Shown here: in pieces, positions 1 to 10,424 of the stretch
Layout: each line of letters opens with the position of its first letter
Position numbering within the stretch: position 1 is the stretch's first letter
Source: an uncultured Gammaproteobacteria bacterium
GTDB lineage: Bacteria > Pseudomonadota > Gammaproteobacteria > Francisellales > CACEW01
Assembly: GCA_964539235.1 (NCBI GenBank)
Contig: CAZIIK010000045.1
Span: forward strand, 1-45,934
DNA: 45,934 nucleotides
Direction of reading: 5' to 3'
The notes under the pieces: generated by a model
Told to the model about the DNA's origin: nothing
Seen by the model: only the letters and a program-made list of their open reading frames with translations
Database searches by the model: none
Made by a program: the position numbers and the translations under genes

Positions 1-137
1 TCTTTGAACTCACCGCCGTGCTTCTCTGCCATCACCTTCGTAATCGCCGCTGTCAACGTAGTCTTACCGTGATCCACGTGACCAATCGTACCCACGTTTA
101 CGTGCGGCTTACTCCGTTCAAACTTCTCTTTTGACAT
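1..137 (-). CDS. tuf: elongation factor Tu, N-terminal 45 codons (gene runs off the left edge)
   Basis: Reverse complement of 1..137 reads from ATG (135..137) as [45 protein letters not shown], the canonical EF-Tu N-terminus with the GHVDHGKT P-loop. AGAGGA SD upstream; directly follows fusA as in the str operon. Confidence 0.92.
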   Translation of the reverse strand, partial: MSKEKFERSKPHVNVGTIGHVDHGKTTLTAAITKVMAEKHGGEFK

Positions 138-162
138 AGTCCTAATTCCTCTTTACTAAAGC

Positions 163-2259
<2,097 letters not shown>

Positions 2260-2279
2260 TGCCTAAAATCCTTTCCAAA

Positions 2280-2753
2280 TTACCAACGATAATGCGCAAA
2301 CGCTTTGTTTGCTTCCGCCATACGGTGCGTATCATCACGCTTCTTGATAGCCGAACCCCGGCCTTCGATTGCTTCTAGAATTTCAGAAGCCAAACGCATC
2401 GCCATCGATTTCTCACGACGCTTACGTGCCGCGTCAATCAACCAGCGCATTGCCAACGTCATACTCCGATCTGCACGCACTTCAATGGGCACCTGATAGG
2501 TTGCACCACCGACACGACGAGATTTCACTTCCACCATCGGTTTAATATCATCCAGGGATTTCTCTAACACCTCTAAAGGCAACTGACCCTTAGTCTTTTC
2601 CTTAATGATGTCTAAAGCACCGTAAGCAATACGCTCTGCAATCGATTTCTTGCCATCTTTCATCAACTGATTGATGAACTTTGCCAGCAACTTACTCTTA
2701 TAAACTGGATCCGGCAGAATCTCTCTTTTGGGGACCTCTCGTCTTCTAGGCAT
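2280..2753 (-). CDS. rpsG: 30S ribosomal protein S7
   Basis: 157-aa [23 protein letters not shown]...; typical S7 sequence and position between rpsL and fusA. Confidence 0.97.
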   Translation of the reverse strand: MPRRREVPKREILPDPVYKSKLLAKFINQLMKDGKKSIAERIAYGALDIIKEKTKGQLPLEVLEKSLDDIKPMVEVKSRRVGGATYQVPIEVRADRSMTLAMRWLIDAARKRREKSMAMRLASEILEAIEGRGSAIKKRDDTHRMAEANKAFAHYRW

Positions 2754-2780
2754 TCTTTATATCCCTTTTACTATTTCAAT

Positions 2781-3155
2781 TTATTTCTTTGGCCGCTTGG
2801 CACCATACTTGGAACGACCTTGCTTACGATCGCTGACCCCAGAAGCATCCAAAGCCCCACGCACAGTGTGATAGCGCACACCAGGCAAATCTTTCACACG
2901 ACCGCCGCGAATCAACACGACCGAGTGCTCTTGCAAGTTGTGACCTTCCCCACCGATGTAACTCGATACCTCAAACCCATTCGTCAAACGAACACGCGCC
3001 ACTTTACGCAAAGCGGAGTTTGGTTTTTTAGGGGTTGTCGTGTAAACACGGGTACAAACACCACGTCTTTGGGGACACGCTTCCAATGCAGGTACATTGG
3101 TTTTCATTCTTTTCTGCCGACGCGGTTTACGCACCAACTGATTTACTGTTGCCAT
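2781..3155 (-). CDS. rpsL: 30S ribosomal protein S12
   Basis: 124-aa [18 protein letters not shown]...[12 protein letters not shown]...[14 protein letters not shown]; canonical S12. Confidence 0.97.
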   Translation of the reverse strand: MATVNQLVRKPRRQKRMKTNVPALEACPQRRGVCTRVYTTTPKKPNSALRKVARVRLTNGFEVSSYIGGEGHNLQEHSVVLIRGGRVKDLPGVRYHTVRGALDASGVSDRKQGRSKYGAKRPKK

Positions 3156-3270
3156 TCAAATCTCTCTCTTAAAAACCCATCTTATGGATTTACGTTATTC
3201 ACCCCATACACCTTGATAGATAAGGGGTTCAGCGGAAATCGCTACCATGACGCACCATTTAGGTCGCGTG

Positions 3271-3299
3271 ATTATATCGATGGCTTTGTACATCGTCAA
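3271..3299 (-). promoter_or_regulatory. candidate sigma70 promoter for rpsL-rpsG-fusA-tuf
   Basis: On the minus strand: TTGACG (3299..3294), 17-nt spacer, TATAAT (3276..3271). Lies about 116 nt upstream of the rpsL ATG. Confidence 0.5.
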
Positions 3300-3352
3300 C
3301 ATTACGTGGCACATTTCATAAAATGCCTGTATTCCTCAGATATATTTGAGGT

Positions 3353-3799
3353 TTAGGGACTACAGTCAAACTCTGCAGGGGAAACAAACCATTCCAAATC
3401 AGGGTAAGGCGACATACGTAAATCGGCCAAACGATCAGCCAATGAGTTGGCATGCAACTCTAGCCGATGACCATTGGGATCCACAAAATAGATAGATTCA
3501 CCTTCACTGGTATTTTCTTTCCAGATACAGACCTTGGCTGCTCGGATTCGAGCCACCAAAGCCTTAAGATCAAATTCATTAATATCAAAAGCAATATGCG
3601 TATACTCTGGCAAGGTCTTAGCACGCGCATGCCGATCCACACTCAAACACAACCACAACGCACCAGCACGCAAATAGGCACCATGTCGCCAACGCACCAC
3701 TGGCTCACATGGCAAGACTTCCGTATAAAAGCGAAAAGATTCCTGCAAATCACGTACAGCTAACGTGATGTGGTTAACCCCGCGAATACAATCAATCAT
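3353..3799 (-). CDS. fosA: FosA-like metalloglutathione transferase (VOC/glyoxalase superfamily, fosfomycin-resistance type)
   Basis: Matches my memory of FosA along its whole length: VNHITLAV, GAYLRAGALWLCLS, EYTHIAF, WKENTSEGESIYFVDPNGHRLELH, SLADRLA. The metal ligands (His in NH(L/I)T, His in YTH, Glu in LE(L)H) and the K/S/E/S loop are present. I chose the ATG at 3799 (MIDCIRGVNH...); the track ORF starts at GTG 3808. ATGATTGA overlap with the marR stop. Confidence 0.72.
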   Translation of the reverse strand: MIDCIRGVNHITLAVRDLQESFRFYTEVLPCEPVVRWRHGAYLRAGALWLCLSVDRHARAKTLPEYTHIAFDINEFDLKALVARIRAAKVCIWKENTSEGESIYFVDPNGHRLELHANSLADRLADLRMSPYPDLEWFVSPAEFDCSP

Positions 3800-4232
3800 C
3801 CTGACCACTCTGCAACAGACTCAATCCTTGTAACCATGCTTCAGCATCTGGTAATTGCTTCACAAACGCTTGGTCCACCTCCAACACCTTATCCAATGCT
3901 TCCACTAATAATGCACGACCGGCTTTGGTAACCACCAAGGTCTTAGCACGCGCATCTAGTCGATTATTCGCACGCAATAACAATCCTTTTTTTTCCAAGG
4001 TGCGGCAGACCTTAGATGTCATCATCACATCAGTGGCAAAAAACTGCGCTAAACAATTTTGCGTTACGGTATCACCACGCTGACTTAACTGCACAACGCC
4101 CGTGAGTAACAAACATTGTACATAAGTCAGCCCAATGGGCCGCAGCGCATCCGCCATCTGTTTTTGCCAGTGATTACTCACCTGCCACAGAGAAAAACCA
4201 AACGACCCATGCATCCGCGCCAAAACATCCAT
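3792..4232 (-). CDS. MarR-family transcriptional regulator
   Basis: 146-aa ORF with the winged-helix pattern typical of MarR (LTYVQCLLLTGV...TVTQNCLAQFFATDVMMTSKVCRTLEKKGLLLRANNRLDARAKTLVVTKAG). Confidence 0.85.
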   Translation of the reverse strand: MDVLARMHGSFGFSLWQVSNHWQKQMADALRPIGLTYVQCLLLTGVVQLSQRGDTVTQNCLAQFFATDVMMTSKVCRTLEKKGLLLRANNRLDARAKTLVVTKAGRALLVEALDKVLEVDQAFVKQLPDAEAWLQGLSLLQSGQDD

Positions 4233-4244
4233 TGCCCAACATCC

Positions 4245-4931
4245 TTAATGGCCAGTTAACTGGTCGAATACCCCCTTAATTGTGTTACCAAATGTTTCCA
4301 CACCAGCATTCGATAAAGACCCGATCATCGCAGCTAATACCTGGCTCACGACCTGCGCAATTGTTGCGCCTCCCGGTTGCTCACCGATACCGGTTAACAC
4401 AATACGCTTAAGCTTCATGCCTGTTTTCAAAACCGCAATTGAGCCCGTGACTTCCGCATGTTCAATCACTAATTGATCAATGACAACTCGGCGACTTGCA
4501 CCTTTGTCAGTGGCAGGCGTGCTGGGAACATTCGACTGGTTCGCACTATAATTTGCATGGCCAGAAAGCTTATCAATATTGGAGCCATTCAATCCAACAT
4601 CATAATGTAGCTCTGGAGACCCGATGTAAATACGCTTGACGCGAATCACATCAGACAATAGTGATGCCAACGACAAATCCACAGAAATCTGTTTCACACG
4701 CACCGCATACTGCCCCGAAAATCCTTTTGGGTTTGCCACACTCAAATCAAATAAACTCAAACGACCCGCCAACAACGCCGCATCCACTCGACCTACTTTT
4801 ACTTGGGTACCCACGATATCGGAACCAATGTTTTCAATCCCATTTTTAACCAAGGTATCCATAAACAAGCCGGCCAATATGACTAATACAATAATTAAAA
4901 CAACACACCCGATGACGATTTTCTTAAACAT
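4245..4931 (-). CDS. N-terminally anchored membrane protein, AsmA/DUF748-like (weak assignment)
   Basis: Start moved to ATG 4931 (MFKKIVIGCVVLIIVLVILAG, one TM helix) behind an AAGGAAA SD. The beta-rich remainder resembles AsmA-family N-terminal regions. Sits 12 nt upstream of marR, so probably the same operon. Confidence 0.5.
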   Translation of the reverse strand: MFKKIVIGCVVLIIVLVILAGLFMDTLVKNGIENIGSDIVGTQVKVGRVDAALLAGRLSLFDLSVANPKGFSGQYAVRVKQISVDLSLASLLSDVIRVKRIYIGSPELHYDVGLNGSNIDKLSGHANYSANQSNVPSTPATDKGASRRVVIDQLVIEHAEVTGSIAVLKTGMKLKRIVLTGIGEQPGGATIAQVVSQVLAAMIGSLSNAGVETFGNTIKGVFDQLTGH

Positions 4932-5099
4932 TAGGTTTTTCCTTTCGCAAGACTCGGGCGATATTTTGTCAAAAAAACAAAACAAGTGTTAGATCGCACA
5001 AATCCACCGATAATTGAATTATGCAAAGGCCTTTGAAAGACTATTGCATAACTTCCGTAGCAGATGGAATTCAAGGCGAAATCTGATGAAAAAAACCTG

Positions 5100-5163
5100 C
5101 CCCGGACCACGATCCGGGGTCGATCATAGATAAACTATTTGAGGCCCCCACTTTCGTGGGGGC
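5100..5163. repeat. two GC-rich stem-loops in a divergent intergenic region
   Basis: Hairpin 1: CCCCGGA-ccacga-TCCGGGG (5100..5119). Hairpin 2: GCCCCCA-ctttcg-TGGGGGC (5144..5163). Both lie between two divergent gene starts, so they are not terminators of the flanking genes. Confidence 0.6.
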
Positions 5164-5300
5164 AAGCTTTGAAGAAGATTTTAACGATGAAGTTCGCTGC
5201 TAATGAGGTTATGCAGCAGTCTTTCTGAATTCAAACCATGAAAAACCCCATAGTCTTCGCTATACTGCGCCAGTCTTGACTCAAAGCAGAGAACCCTTTC

Positions 5301-6944
5301 ATGAAAGCTTCTGATCTATTCCTGCGATGCCTGGAAAAATTAGGCATCACCGCCATGTACGGCGTCCCCGGCGAAGAAAATGCTGATCTTATGATCTCAC
5401 TACTCGATTCACCCATCGAATTTATCAGTACACGCCATGAACAAACCGCTGCGTTTATGGCTGAAATGCATGGTCGTTTGACCGGCATCCCTGGCGCTTG
5501 TCTCGCCACATTAGGTCCTGGCGCGACGAACCTTCTTACGGGTGTTGCACAAGCGAATATGGATAACTCTCCGCTGATCGCAATTATTGGGCAAGCTGAT
5601 ACCGACCGGTTGCATAAAATTTCTCATCAAAATATGGACTCAGTCGACATGTATAAACAGGTCACCAAATGGTCGACTACCATTCGTGATGCCAGCACCA
5701 TCCCCGAAGTCATTTCCAAGGCATTTAAAATCGCTACTTCTGGCAAACCTGGCGCAGTCTTGATTGAGCTCCCTGAAGACCTAGCAAAGCATGATACCGA
5801 TGCACAGCCTCTGAAGCCTTTCCAAAAAGCACTGGAAATCGGCACAACTGATACCCAAGTACAACGTGTTCTATCTTTATTACGCGACAGCGAAAAACCC
5901 ATTCTGCTAATTGGTGATGGTGCGGTACGCACAGAAGCCGACGATGCAGTACGCACCTTTTTAGAAAAAACTGGACTCTACAGTGCACATACCTTTATGG
6001 GTAAAGGTGTGGTCAGCCACCTTTACGATCGCTCCCTACACTGTGTCGGTCTTGGTATGAAAGATGTGGTGATTGAAGCGTTTGCAGAAGCTGATTTAGT
6101 CATTGCATTAGGCTATGATTTGGTCGAATACCCACCAGCACGATGGAATCAAGGCACTCCGAAAAAGATTATCCACATCGCAGCGGATGTTGCTGAAGTT
6201 GACCAGGCCTACATTCCAGATGTTGAGCTGGTTGGATATCTACCAACGATCATGAATGAACTCAATGCCCAACTCACTGCATCAGATCAACGTACAGCAA
6301 CTTATCTAAAACCCGTGCAGGATAAAATTCGTGCCGATGTCCGAGGTGACAGCAGTGACGACAGCTTCCCCATGAAGCCGAAACGGATCTTGCATGACAT
6401 TCGCGCCATTCTGGCAGACGACGATATCCTGATCAGCGACGTTGGTGCGCATAAAATGTGGGTGGCTCGCCAATACGGCGCCAGCAAATCTAAAACCTGC
6501 TTTATCAGTAACGGTTTTTGTTCCATGGGTGGCAGCACGCCGGGCGCACTCGAAGCCAAACGCTTATGCCCAGAAAAACATGTTGTAGCCGTGTGCGGCG
6601 ATGGCGGTTTTATGATGAGCATTCAAGCCTTGATTACCGGCGTACAACTGGGCGTACCGTTTGTGGTTGTCCTGTGGGAAGACGACTACTACGGCCTAAT
6701 CAAATGGAAGCAAGAAATGGCATACGAAAAATTTTCGCATGTTCACCTCGACAACCCTGATTTGTGTGCATTAGCACAAGCCTATGGCTGCCACAGCACA
6801 CGCATTAAAAACACCCAAGACTTTTCTGCTGAACTTGAACAGGCACTGACGCGCACTGACCGACCTAGCGTTCTGGTAGTACCCGTTGATTACAGTGAGA
6901 ATATGAAACTGTTTCATCATTTACATGAAGTGGTTAAGTCATAA
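5301..6944 (+). CDS. thiamine-pyrophosphate enzyme of the acetolactate-synthase-like family (possible 2-oxoacid decarboxylase)
   Basis: 547-aa ORF with the N-terminal Pyr domain (GVPGEEN...STRHEQTAAFMAEMHGRLTG...LGPGATNL), a central domain, and the C-terminal PP motif (GDGGFMMSIQAL). Confidence 0.85.
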   Translation: MKASDLFLRCLEKLGITAMYGVPGEENADLMISLLDSPIEFISTRHEQTAAFMAEMHGRLTGIPGACLATLGPGATNLLTGVAQANMDNSPLIAIIGQADTDRLHKISHQNMDSVDMYKQVTKWSTTIRDASTIPEVISKAFKIATSGKPGAVLIELPEDLAKHDTDAQPLKPFQKALEIGTTDTQVQRVLSLLRDSEKPILLIGDGAVRTEADDAVRTFLEKTGLYSAHTFMGKGVVSHLYDRSLHCVGLGMKDVVIEAFAEADLVIALGYDLVEYPPARWNQGTPKKIIHIAADVAEVDQAYIPDVELVGYLPTIMNELNAQLTASDQRTATYLKPVQDKIRADVRGDSSDDSFPMKPKRILHDIRAILADDDILISDVGAHKMWVARQYGASKSKTCFISNGFCSMGGSTPGALEAKRLCPEKHVVAVCGDGGFMMSIQALITGVQLGVPFVVVLWEDDYYGLIKWKQEMAYEKFSHVHLDNPDLCALAQAYGCHSTRIKNTQDFSAELEQALTRTDRPSVLVVPVDYSENMKLFHHLHEVVKS

Positions 6945-6982
6945 AAGACTTTTGGACGCTATAACACACGAGAGGATTCGCC

Positions 6983-8350
6983 ATGAGCATTGACGTCATT
7001 AACCCAGCTACCGGACAGGTACTCAACCGTTATACAGAAATGTCGCAAACCGAAGTTGGCGACATCATTACCAATATGGAAACTGTACGCCAAACGTGGT
7101 TGCAGAACACTTTTAGCAAACGCCGCGAACTGATGCACAATGCAGCCCAAGTGATTCGCGATAACCTAATGGAATATGCCACCATCATCACCCAAGAGAT
7201 GGGCAAACCTATTACACAAGCTAAAGCAGAAATGGAGAAATGCGCCTTACTCTGCGAGTACTACGCTGATCATGCAGAAAAGCATCTGGCACCCGTGCAT
7301 ATTGAGACTGAAAAACGCAAAAGCTACAAATGCTTTGAGCCGCTGGGCATTATCTTTGCCATCATGCCGTGGAACTTTCCTTTTTGGCAGGTGTTACGGT
7401 TTGCCGTACCCAACTTAATGGGTGGTAATGCTGGCCTGTTAAAACATGCCCCCAATTCGACTGCAGCCGCATTAGCAATTGAAGGTATTTTTACAAAAGC
7501 CGGCTTCCCGGAAGGTCTTTTCCGCAGCCTGGTCATTGATGTCGATGTCTGCCCATTTATCATTGAACACCCTTTGGTCGCAGGCGTAACCTTAACCGGC
7601 AGTGGCAAAGCAGGGCAGATTGTGGGCGCTCAAGCGGCACAAGCATTGAAAAAGGCCGTTCTAGAACTGGGTGGCAGCGACGCCTACCTCATTCTAGAAG
7701 ATGCAGACCTCGACCTGGCAGCTCAACAATGTGCGGTATCGCGTATGACCAATGCCGGTCAAATCTGCATTTCGGCCAAACGTATCATTGTTGTCAAAGC
7801 CGCTCGCGAAGCCTTTGTACAAAGGCTACTGGCTCAAGTTGAGCAATACCAAACGGGAGATCCAATGGACCCTCAAACAACCTTGGGCCCCATGGCACGT
7901 GAAGACTTACGCACCCAACTACACGACCAAGTACAACGTTCGATTGCAGCAGGTGTTGAATGCGTGATGGGCGGCGAATTACCGGATGGCGATGGTTACT
8001 ACTATCCAACCACCGTCTTTCTTGACGTTAAAAAAGGCATGCCTGCCTATGATGAAGAATTATTTGGTCCGGTTGTCTGCGTCATCTATGCCAAAGACGA
8101 AGCAGAAGCCATTGCCATGGCGAACGATTCCCCATTTGGCCTCGGTGGTGCCGTATTCACCCAAGATCTAGCTAGTGGTGAACACATCGCACGTGATCTG
8201 ATCCGCACCGGCACCTGCAATGTAAACGCTTTGGTATCTTCAGACCCCAGACTGCCATTTGGTGGCATTAAGCAATCTGGTTATGGTCGTGAACTCTCAG
8301 CAGAAGGCTTGCATGAGTTTATGAATATCAAAACCGTTACTGTTGCTTAA
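6983..8350 (+). CDS. NAD(P)-dependent aldehyde dehydrogenase, succinate-semialdehyde dehydrogenase (Sad/YneI-like) type
   Basis: 455-aa ORF with INPATG at the N-terminus, FPFWQV, LELGGSD (catalytic Glu motif), NAGQICISAKR (catalytic Cys) and PFGGIKQSGYGRE. Confidence 0.85.
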   Translation: MSIDVINPATGQVLNRYTEMSQTEVGDIITNMETVRQTWLQNTFSKRRELMHNAAQVIRDNLMEYATIITQEMGKPITQAKAEMEKCALLCEYYADHAEKHLAPVHIETEKRKSYKCFEPLGIIFAIMPWNFPFWQVLRFAVPNLMGGNAGLLKHAPNSTAAALAIEGIFTKAGFPEGLFRSLVIDVDVCPFIIEHPLVAGVTLTGSGKAGQIVGAQAAQALKKAVLELGGSDAYLILEDADLDLAAQQCAVSRMTNAGQICISAKRIIVVKAAREAFVQRLLAQVEQYQTGDPMDPQTTLGPMAREDLRTQLHDQVQRSIAAGVECVMGGELPDGDGYYYPTTVFLDVKKGMPAYDEELFGPVVCVIYAKDEAEAIAMANDSPFGLGGAVFTQDLASGEHIARDLIRTGTCNVNALVSSDPRLPFGGIKQSGYGRELSAEGLHEFMNIKTVTVA

Positions 8351-8453
8351 ACCCTTTCATATCACTCACCTAAAGCGACCCTAACGCAAATCGTACAAAT
8401 GAGATCTAACCCAATCGATGCGCACACGGGTCGCTTAACCATAAATATTCAAA

Positions 8454-9626
8454 ATGTCTAAAACACTTTCAACCACTGTTCTCACCCAACACAAACATCA
8501 CCTGGCACGGATTACCCAGGTATCCACACCTCATGGGTCTTTTACAACACCAACCTTCATGCCCGTTGGCACGCGTGCGGCAGTGAACTGCTTATCCGTA
8601 CCCATGTTGCAAGAAACCCAATCGCAGATCATTTTGGGTGGCAATACATATCACATGTTGGTTAACCCAGGCATGGAAATTATTCAGGCTGCTGGCGGCA
8701 TGCATAATTTCATGGACTGGCAACAACCAATGCTCACTGACAGTGGCGGCTTCCAAGTCTTCAGTCTGTCGAAGAATAAAAAACTCTGCACCATTGACGA
8801 CCACGGTGCCCGTTTCAAACATCCGACTAACGGCAAGATTATTCACCTCACACCCACCACATCAATTGAAACTCAGAAAATCATTGGCGCTGACATCATT
8901 ATGGCCTTTGATGAATGTACGCCAGAAAGTGGTGGCCGTGCAGCAGCAGTGGCTGCTCTTACCCGTACCAAACGTTGGCTTTTAGAGTCGCGGGCAGCGC
9001 ATGCTAAAAACCCTTGCGGTATTCATGGTCATCCACAAGCCTTATTTCCGATTATTCAGGGCGGAAGCTTTCGTGATCTGCGTGAAGAATCCATGGAATT
9101 TGTACTGTCGATGGACCCAGATGGTATTGCAATCGGTGGCGAAGTCATCGGCTTTGATATGAATAAAACGGCAGAAGTGCTCAGCTGGCTCACGCCTCAT
9201 TTACCACACAATAAAACCCGTTACACCATGGGCGTTGGGCTTTCTCCACAAGATCTCATCGATGTGACGCGCCATGGCATCGATATTTTTGACTGCGTGG
9301 CGCCGACACGGAATGCGCGGCACGGTGCGCTATACCATGGACATACTGTTGCCACGGAGGATCATTGGTTACGTTTTACCAGCGCAGAAGACCGTGGTCG
9401 CATTCTGATTAAGAAACAACAATGCGCGACTGATGAAAGACCCATCCTAGAAGGCTGTGATTGCTATACCTGCACACACCACAGCCGAGCCTATCTACAT
9501 TTTCTGTTTAAGTCCCAACAGGCTTTGTATCACCCTCTGGCCTGCATCCATAACATCCGCGTCATGCAACGCACCTGCGAAGCCATTCAAGCCACAATCC
9601 AGCAACATGCCAGTGAGACTGACTAA
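8454..9626 (+). CDS. tgt: tRNA-guanine transglycosylase homologue (divergent substrate-pocket motif)
   Basis: 390-aa ORF with TPTFMPVGT, GGNTYH, LTDSGGFQVFS, AFDECT, YTMGVG..PQDL, and the Zn site CDCYTC...H. The usual GGLAVGE motif reads GGEVIGF. Confidence 0.8.
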   Translation: MSKTLSTTVLTQHKHHLARITQVSTPHGSFTTPTFMPVGTRAAVNCLSVPMLQETQSQIILGGNTYHMLVNPGMEIIQAAGGMHNFMDWQQPMLTDSGGFQVFSLSKNKKLCTIDDHGARFKHPTNGKIIHLTPTTSIETQKIIGADIIMAFDECTPESGGRAAAVAALTRTKRWLLESRAAHAKNPCGIHGHPQALFPIIQGGSFRDLREESMEFVLSMDPDGIAIGGEVIGFDMNKTAEVLSWLTPHLPHNKTRYTMGVGLSPQDLIDVTRHGIDIFDCVAPTRNARHGALYHGHTVATEDHWLRFTSAEDRGRILIKKQQCATDERPILEGCDCYTCTHHSRAYLHFLFKSQQALYHPLACIHNIRVMQRTCEAIQATIQQHASETD

Positions 9627-10375
9627 TGCTGCAAAAAATCATTTCGACCAAACAACATGCAATTACCCAATTGCCAACATTAGACCCAACAGTGCTTGCT
9701 GCGAGTGAGCGCAATTTCCTAACCGCACTGCAACAGACACCTTTTGCCATCATTGCAGAAATGAAGCAAAAATCACCATCTGAAGGCTTATTAGATAAAA
9801 ATTATGATCCCGCCACACGCGCTCAAGCCTATGCAGCTGGTGGTGCCACTGCACTTTCTGTCTTAACAGATACACCTTTTTTTGGCGGTGACTACAGTCA
9901 TATCAATGCAGCACGCGCAGCTTGTCACTTACCGGTGTTATGTAAAGATTTCATCATTGATACACAACAAATTTATGCTGCCCGTGCTGCAGGTGCCGAT
10001 GCCTGTTTACTGATTGTGCGCATTTTAACGGACACGCAATTGCAACAACTAAAACACACTATTGAAGCCCTCAACATGACGGCATTGATTGAAGTTTTTT
10101 CCGAAGAGGATCTACACCGCGCATTAGCAGTCAATGCTCAACTGATTGGTATTAACAATCGAGACCTCGATACACTGGTTATGGACACCACATTGAGCGC
10201 ACTCTTACAGCAAAACATCGATCCTGATATTACGTGCTTGAGCTTATCAGGTATTCAAACACCTGATATGGTCCAAACACTAAAAGACCAGCAATTTGAC
10301 GGTGTTTTGATGGGAACGTGCTTAATGCGTGCAGAAGACCCCGCAAAATTCTTGCGGCAATGTATAGGAAGATAA
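9626..10375 (+). CDS. trpC: indole-3-glycerol-phosphate synthase (monofunctional)
   Basis: 249-aa ORF with IAEMKQKSPSEG, LCKDFIID, LIEV and IGINNRDL motifs. Its ATG overlaps the tgt stop (TAATG). Confidence 0.82.
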   Translation: MLQKIISTKQHAITQLPTLDPTVLAASERNFLTALQQTPFAIIAEMKQKSPSEGLLDKNYDPATRAQAYAAGGATALSVLTDTPFFGGDYSHINAARAACHLPVLCKDFIIDTQQIYAARAAGADACLLIVRILTDTQLQQLKHTIEALNMTALIEVFSEEDLHRALAVNAQLIGINNRDLDTLVMDTTLSALLQQNIDPDITCLSLSGIQTPDMVQTLKDQQFDGVLMGTCLMRAEDPAKFLRQCIGR

Positions 10376-10424
10376 AAAAATCCCCGATTAAGCTTGCCAC
10401 ACGCCAATGACAAAAAGCTGGAAC

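Noticed and set aside
5231-5509. 92-aa minus-strand ORF overlapping the start of the TPP-enzyme gene
   Set aside because: It is antisense to the conserved Pyr domain, and no SD is present.
8373-8436. 9-bp inverted repeat AAGCGACCC...GGGTCGCTT between the aldehyde dehydrogenase and tgt genes, as a possible terminator
   Set aside because: The 46-nt loop and the absence of a T-tract make it neither a convincing intrinsic terminator nor a recognisable riboswitch.
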